Source: Escherichia phage vB_EcoM_JNE01. Taken from it: a DNA stretch of 64,000 bases. Of the stretch, positions 61,190-64,000 are shown in pieces (the stretch's first letter is position 1; each line of letters opens with the position of its first letter). Under the pieces are notes generated by a model. It was not told the origin of the DNA. It did no database searches and was given only the letters and a program-made list of their open reading frames with translations. A program made the translations under genes and the position numbers. Where the stretch lies: the sequence record OR670491; one strand, written 5' to 3'.

Positions 61190-61745
61190 TATACTCTGTA
61201 AAATTAGTTCTGCACTTCATAAAGTTGGTACTAAGTACGATATCCCTGGTGAGAAAGATAAGTGGATTGATATTGAGGATGTGTACCGTATCGTAATCAG
61301 TCCTAGTACTGAATACACGTATAACATCTGTAGTATCAATACCATTAACTACAACCCAAGAATGGGTCTTCAACACATCATCATTGCATCCTATGTAGGT
61401 ACTAGCAGAGTTTATACTGATAACATTGGATACTATAGTCCGCATATGTTTTCTATACGTTGTGCAAGGGACAACCAAATAGCAGCGGTTGAATTGTATA
61501 ATGAGACTGAGTACGCGAATGAAGTGATGGATATCCCAGTTGATCTTCAAAACTTAAAAGAGCGAGAATCTTCATGGTTCCAGTACTCTTTACTTGACAA
61601 CTACAAGATTTATGATACTATGTGCTTAATGTACGATGTGAACAAGATTTTACCTAAAGGGGAAATCTTAATGTACGAGGCATTTGTTAATCTCAAAGAT
61701 GAAGAACTCCAAAAAATTTACGAGGAATTAATCAAACATGTCTAA
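61176..61745 (+). CDS. FQxS-motif family protein
   Basis: motif ERESSWFQYSLLDNYK. Confidence 0.55.
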   Translation: MLNRDILCKISSALHKVGTKYDIPGEKDKWIDIEDVYRIVISPSTEYTYNICSINTINYNPRMGLQHIIIASYVGTSRVYTDNIGYYSPHMFSIRCARDNQIAAVELYNETEYANEVMDIPVDLQNLKERESSWFQYSLLDNYKIYDTMCLMYDVNKILPKGEILMYEAFVNLKDEELQKIYEELIKHV

Positions 61746-62316
61746 CATCATTGATGCTATTCAAAATCCAAATCACAAAATTCTGTGCAATATCATTGCT
61801 GATATGAAGCAGCATTTGATTAAAATGAAAAACACAGATACACCTGTGAACTTCAACAAACAATTACAGCACGGGTTGAACTTGAGCTTAAAGTTGAAGC
61901 AGAAGATGACATATGATAATTACATCTTGAACGCAGGTGGTCCGCGTGCTATTGTATTTGTCAATAACGGTTTCAGTACTGATGCGGTGCATGATATCAA
62001 TGTTGACCATTACATCAATAATAGAAATTTCGTTGTTATTGATGCACCATGTGATAAAGTTGTACTTACTACGGATACAGGATACCGTAAAGTTAAAATT
62101 CTTCGCAGTACGGATGACGTACAAGGTAAAGTCTTTCAGATGATTACCGTTGAAGATACCGACAGTATTGATGCATTATTACTGGTATCAGCTTTACACG
62201 AACTAATTATTGGTAGTGCAATGAAATTGATTATTGATATTGATACCGTCAATAAATTATCAATTGACTCTCTACAGAAAGTACACGAAACTGTACAGGG
62301 ATTACTTAATGAATAA
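61738..62316 (+). CDS. FQxS-motif family protein
   Basis: motif VQGKVFQMITVEDTDSIDALLLVSAL. Confidence 0.5.
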   Translation: MSNIIDAIQNPNHKILCNIIADMKQHLIKMKNTDTPVNFNKQLQHGLNLSLKLKQKMTYDNYILNAGGPRAIVFVNNGFSTDAVHDINVDHYINNRNFVVIDAPCDKVVLTTDTGYRKVKILRSTDDVQGKVFQMITVEDTDSIDALLLVSALHELIIGSAMKLIIDIDTVNKLSIDSLQKVHETVQGLLNE

Positions 62317-62857
62317 TTTTCAAAATATGTACGACATGTGTAAGATTATGTCAAATTTCAGTACTAAGATTAAATCGGCTCCAGTAGCGGAAGTTCACAT
62401 GTCCGAACGCTACTACACGTTCCGAGTATCCAGTACTGGTGACAGTATTCGACTGTTCTTAAATGACCGACAGCAATTGTTTGATGTAGTCATTGTAGAC
62501 CATACTACAAAGGGAAAATATGCATACAATATGTATGCAAAAAATCGTTGGTTAGTAATTCGTAATACAATGCAACGATTACGTGCAGCTACAGATATAA
62601 ACAGTACTGGTGATGATTACGATATTACTAACATTTTAGATGAATCTGTTTTTAATTTTGAAATAGATTTATCTGTTGATGATCCATTCCTGCGTGACCT
62701 TTACAAATTACACGGGTGCGTTGTTCGTGGTACACAAGATATCAAAGCTGTGTCAATTGAGGTATCCAGAATTCATGAACACAATGTGAACCTGGAATCA
62801 TTGATTGATAAGATGAATACCAATTTCTTCTTTTGGAAGTGTAAGGATGAACTATGA
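62309..62857 (+). CDS. hypothetical protein (weak family resemblance)
   Basis: internal ATG MNNFQNMYD overlapping upstream stop; track ORF starts at 62234. Confidence 0.4.
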   Translation: MNNFQNMYDMCKIMSNFSTKIKSAPVAEVHMSERYYTFRVSSTGDSIRLFLNDRQQLFDVVIVDHTTKGKYAYNMYAKNRWLVIRNTMQRLRAATDINSTGDDYDITNILDESVFNFEIDLSVDDPFLRDLYKLHGCVVRGTQDIKAVSIEVSRIHEHNVNLESLIDKMNTNFFFWKCKDEL

Positions 62858-63306
62858 CACGCGATGAGTGTATCCTATTATGTAAAGTTGTAGAGAAGAT
62901 CTTAAGTGATCCTTCTCTTGAAAATAGTAAAGTACTGAAAAATAAAACACGCAGGTCGTGGACTGATATTGCACTTGTAAGTGATGATATCAATGTTGGA
63001 ACTTTGTGGCCTTCGAGAACATATACACTAACAAGTGCAATACACGAAGAAAGTGTAGATTATGTAGGTGAGAAAACTTTCATCTACGGTAGTACTACAC
63101 CAGTAATGCATATCATTGATTTAGTTGATATGGATGACTTTGATTCGTTATATCTTCAGTACTCTTCGACATATAATACTGAATTAATTTATCAATTGGT
63201 TCTTATTTCGAGGATTAGTTATTTGATTAAAAATAACAATGATTATTCTTCGCTTTCACTTACGTTCGAATTACTACCTTATGCAGAGGAATTCTTAAAT
63301 GAGTAA
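62854..63306 (+). CDS. FQxS-motif family protein (variant LQYS)
   Basis: motif FDSLYLQYSSTYNTELIYQLVLI; ATGA coupling. Confidence 0.5.
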   Translation: MTRDECILLCKVVEKILSDPSLENSKVLKNKTRRSWTDIALVSDDINVGTLWPSRTYTLTSAIHEESVDYVGEKTFIYGSTTPVMHIIDLVDMDDFDSLYLQYSSTYNTELIYQLVLISRISYLIKNNNDYSSLSLTFELLPYAEEFLNE

Positions 63307-63784
63307 TATCAGTGCACAAGATTACGTTAAGATTTACAATTTCATGAATAGCTTCTTTGGTCCTGAAACTAAAGAAGTACAACTAACTAAGAACTTACAG
63401 TTAGGTGTATACAGTAATACTTATGTAGGTATTAAGAATACATCAAGTACCACTGAATTTAATACAGATATGTTTCGTATTATCCGTAATACACATAATC
63501 GTGAAATTAGTACATTAACACCTAATACAATGATAGCTGAACCTCCGACGAAAAATATCAATGTTATCACATTCAATTCAGATAATGTCGTTGAGATTCC
63601 AGAATTTACTTCATTTGATGAATTACAGTTTCAGTTGAGTACTCTATATAAAAATGAAAGTATCCTGACATTCTTATCATATCTTAATAGTATTAATAAT
63701 AATTATGTGGTTTATTTTGGTTCAATCCAGTCTATTAGTATTACACAGGAATTAATTGATTACATTGATAGTCTGGAGGAATAA
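63299..63784 (+). CDS. FQxS-motif family protein
   Basis: motif SFDELQFQLSTLYKNESILTFLSYL. Confidence 0.55.
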   Translation: MSNISAQDYVKIYNFMNSFFGPETKEVQLTKNLQLGVYSNTYVGIKNTSSTTEFNTDMFRIIRNTHNREISTLTPNTMIAEPPTKNINVITFNSDNVVEIPEFTSFDELQFQLSTLYKNESILTFLSYLNSINNNYVVYFGSIQSISITQELIDYIDSLEE

Positions 63785-64000
63785 TGGAACTCAATTTCAG
63801 TACTTTACTAAAGTTCATCCATCCAGTACTTTGGGTACTAAAGAATAGAAAATCAGAACATGATACTGTTCAGTACAGTAATGATTACTACAGTATATTG
63901 TGCGGGGTTTATGCTGATGGTGGTTCCATTATTATGGAGTACAAAGAAGCTAGTGCAAGGGGAACCAATCTAAGAATCGAATTACGTCTACCACTGTACG
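63784..64000 (+). CDS. hypothetical protein, 3'-truncated by window end
   Basis: ORF MELNFSTLLKF... open to the end of the window; array continues beyond. Confidence 0.4.
   Translation, partial: MELNFSTLLKFIHPVLWVLKNRKSEHDTVQYSNDYYSILCGVYADGGSIIMEYKEASARGTNLRIELRLPLY

Overview
AT-rich, densely coding segment that reads like part of a large virulent bacteriophage genome, probably of an enterobacterial host (sigma70-type TTGACA-N16-18-TATAAT promoters, AGGAGG ribosome-binding sites, many GCTGGTGG Chi octamers). No rRNA, tRNA, CRISPR array, integrase or transposase was recognised. The window falls into six blocks. (1) 1-2115: plus-strand genes including two membrane proteins, ending at a bidirectional terminator. 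(2) 2114-13382, minus strand: nine tandem paralogues (eight intact, one frameshifted) of a 360-450 aa protein with RCC1-like beta-propeller repeat motifs, all starting with the same MLPF.R..Y.N N-terminus and separated by near-identical terminator/promoter/RBS junctions. (3) 13484-17439, plus strand: about 16 tandem paralogues of a ~62 aa protein with conserved ends (M.EH.EYY...LP and ...LIYKY). (4) 17440-19520: about 2 kb of non-coding DNA packed with palindromes, iteron-like tandem repeats, orphan promoters and Chi octamers. (5) 19520-38830: about 50 small plus-strand early-type genes, most with their own promoter followed by a GC-rich 5' stem-loop; only a TraR/DksA-type zinc finger and a minimal protein-kinase-like protein could be assigned a function from motifs. 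(6) 39061-64000: two further tandem families, about 20 copies of an ~80 aa protein with a central LGTNYQE motif and about 35 copies of a 115-200 aa protein sharing an acidic-FFQ.S(T/L)LY motif, partly as alternating short/long pairs. More than half of the window is therefore tandem paralogue arrays of unknown function, which is the most unusual feature. All calls are from reading the sequence and ORF track; coordinates of non-coding features and of small ORFs absent from the track are approximate (within a few nt), and family assignments rest on visible motifs, not database searches.
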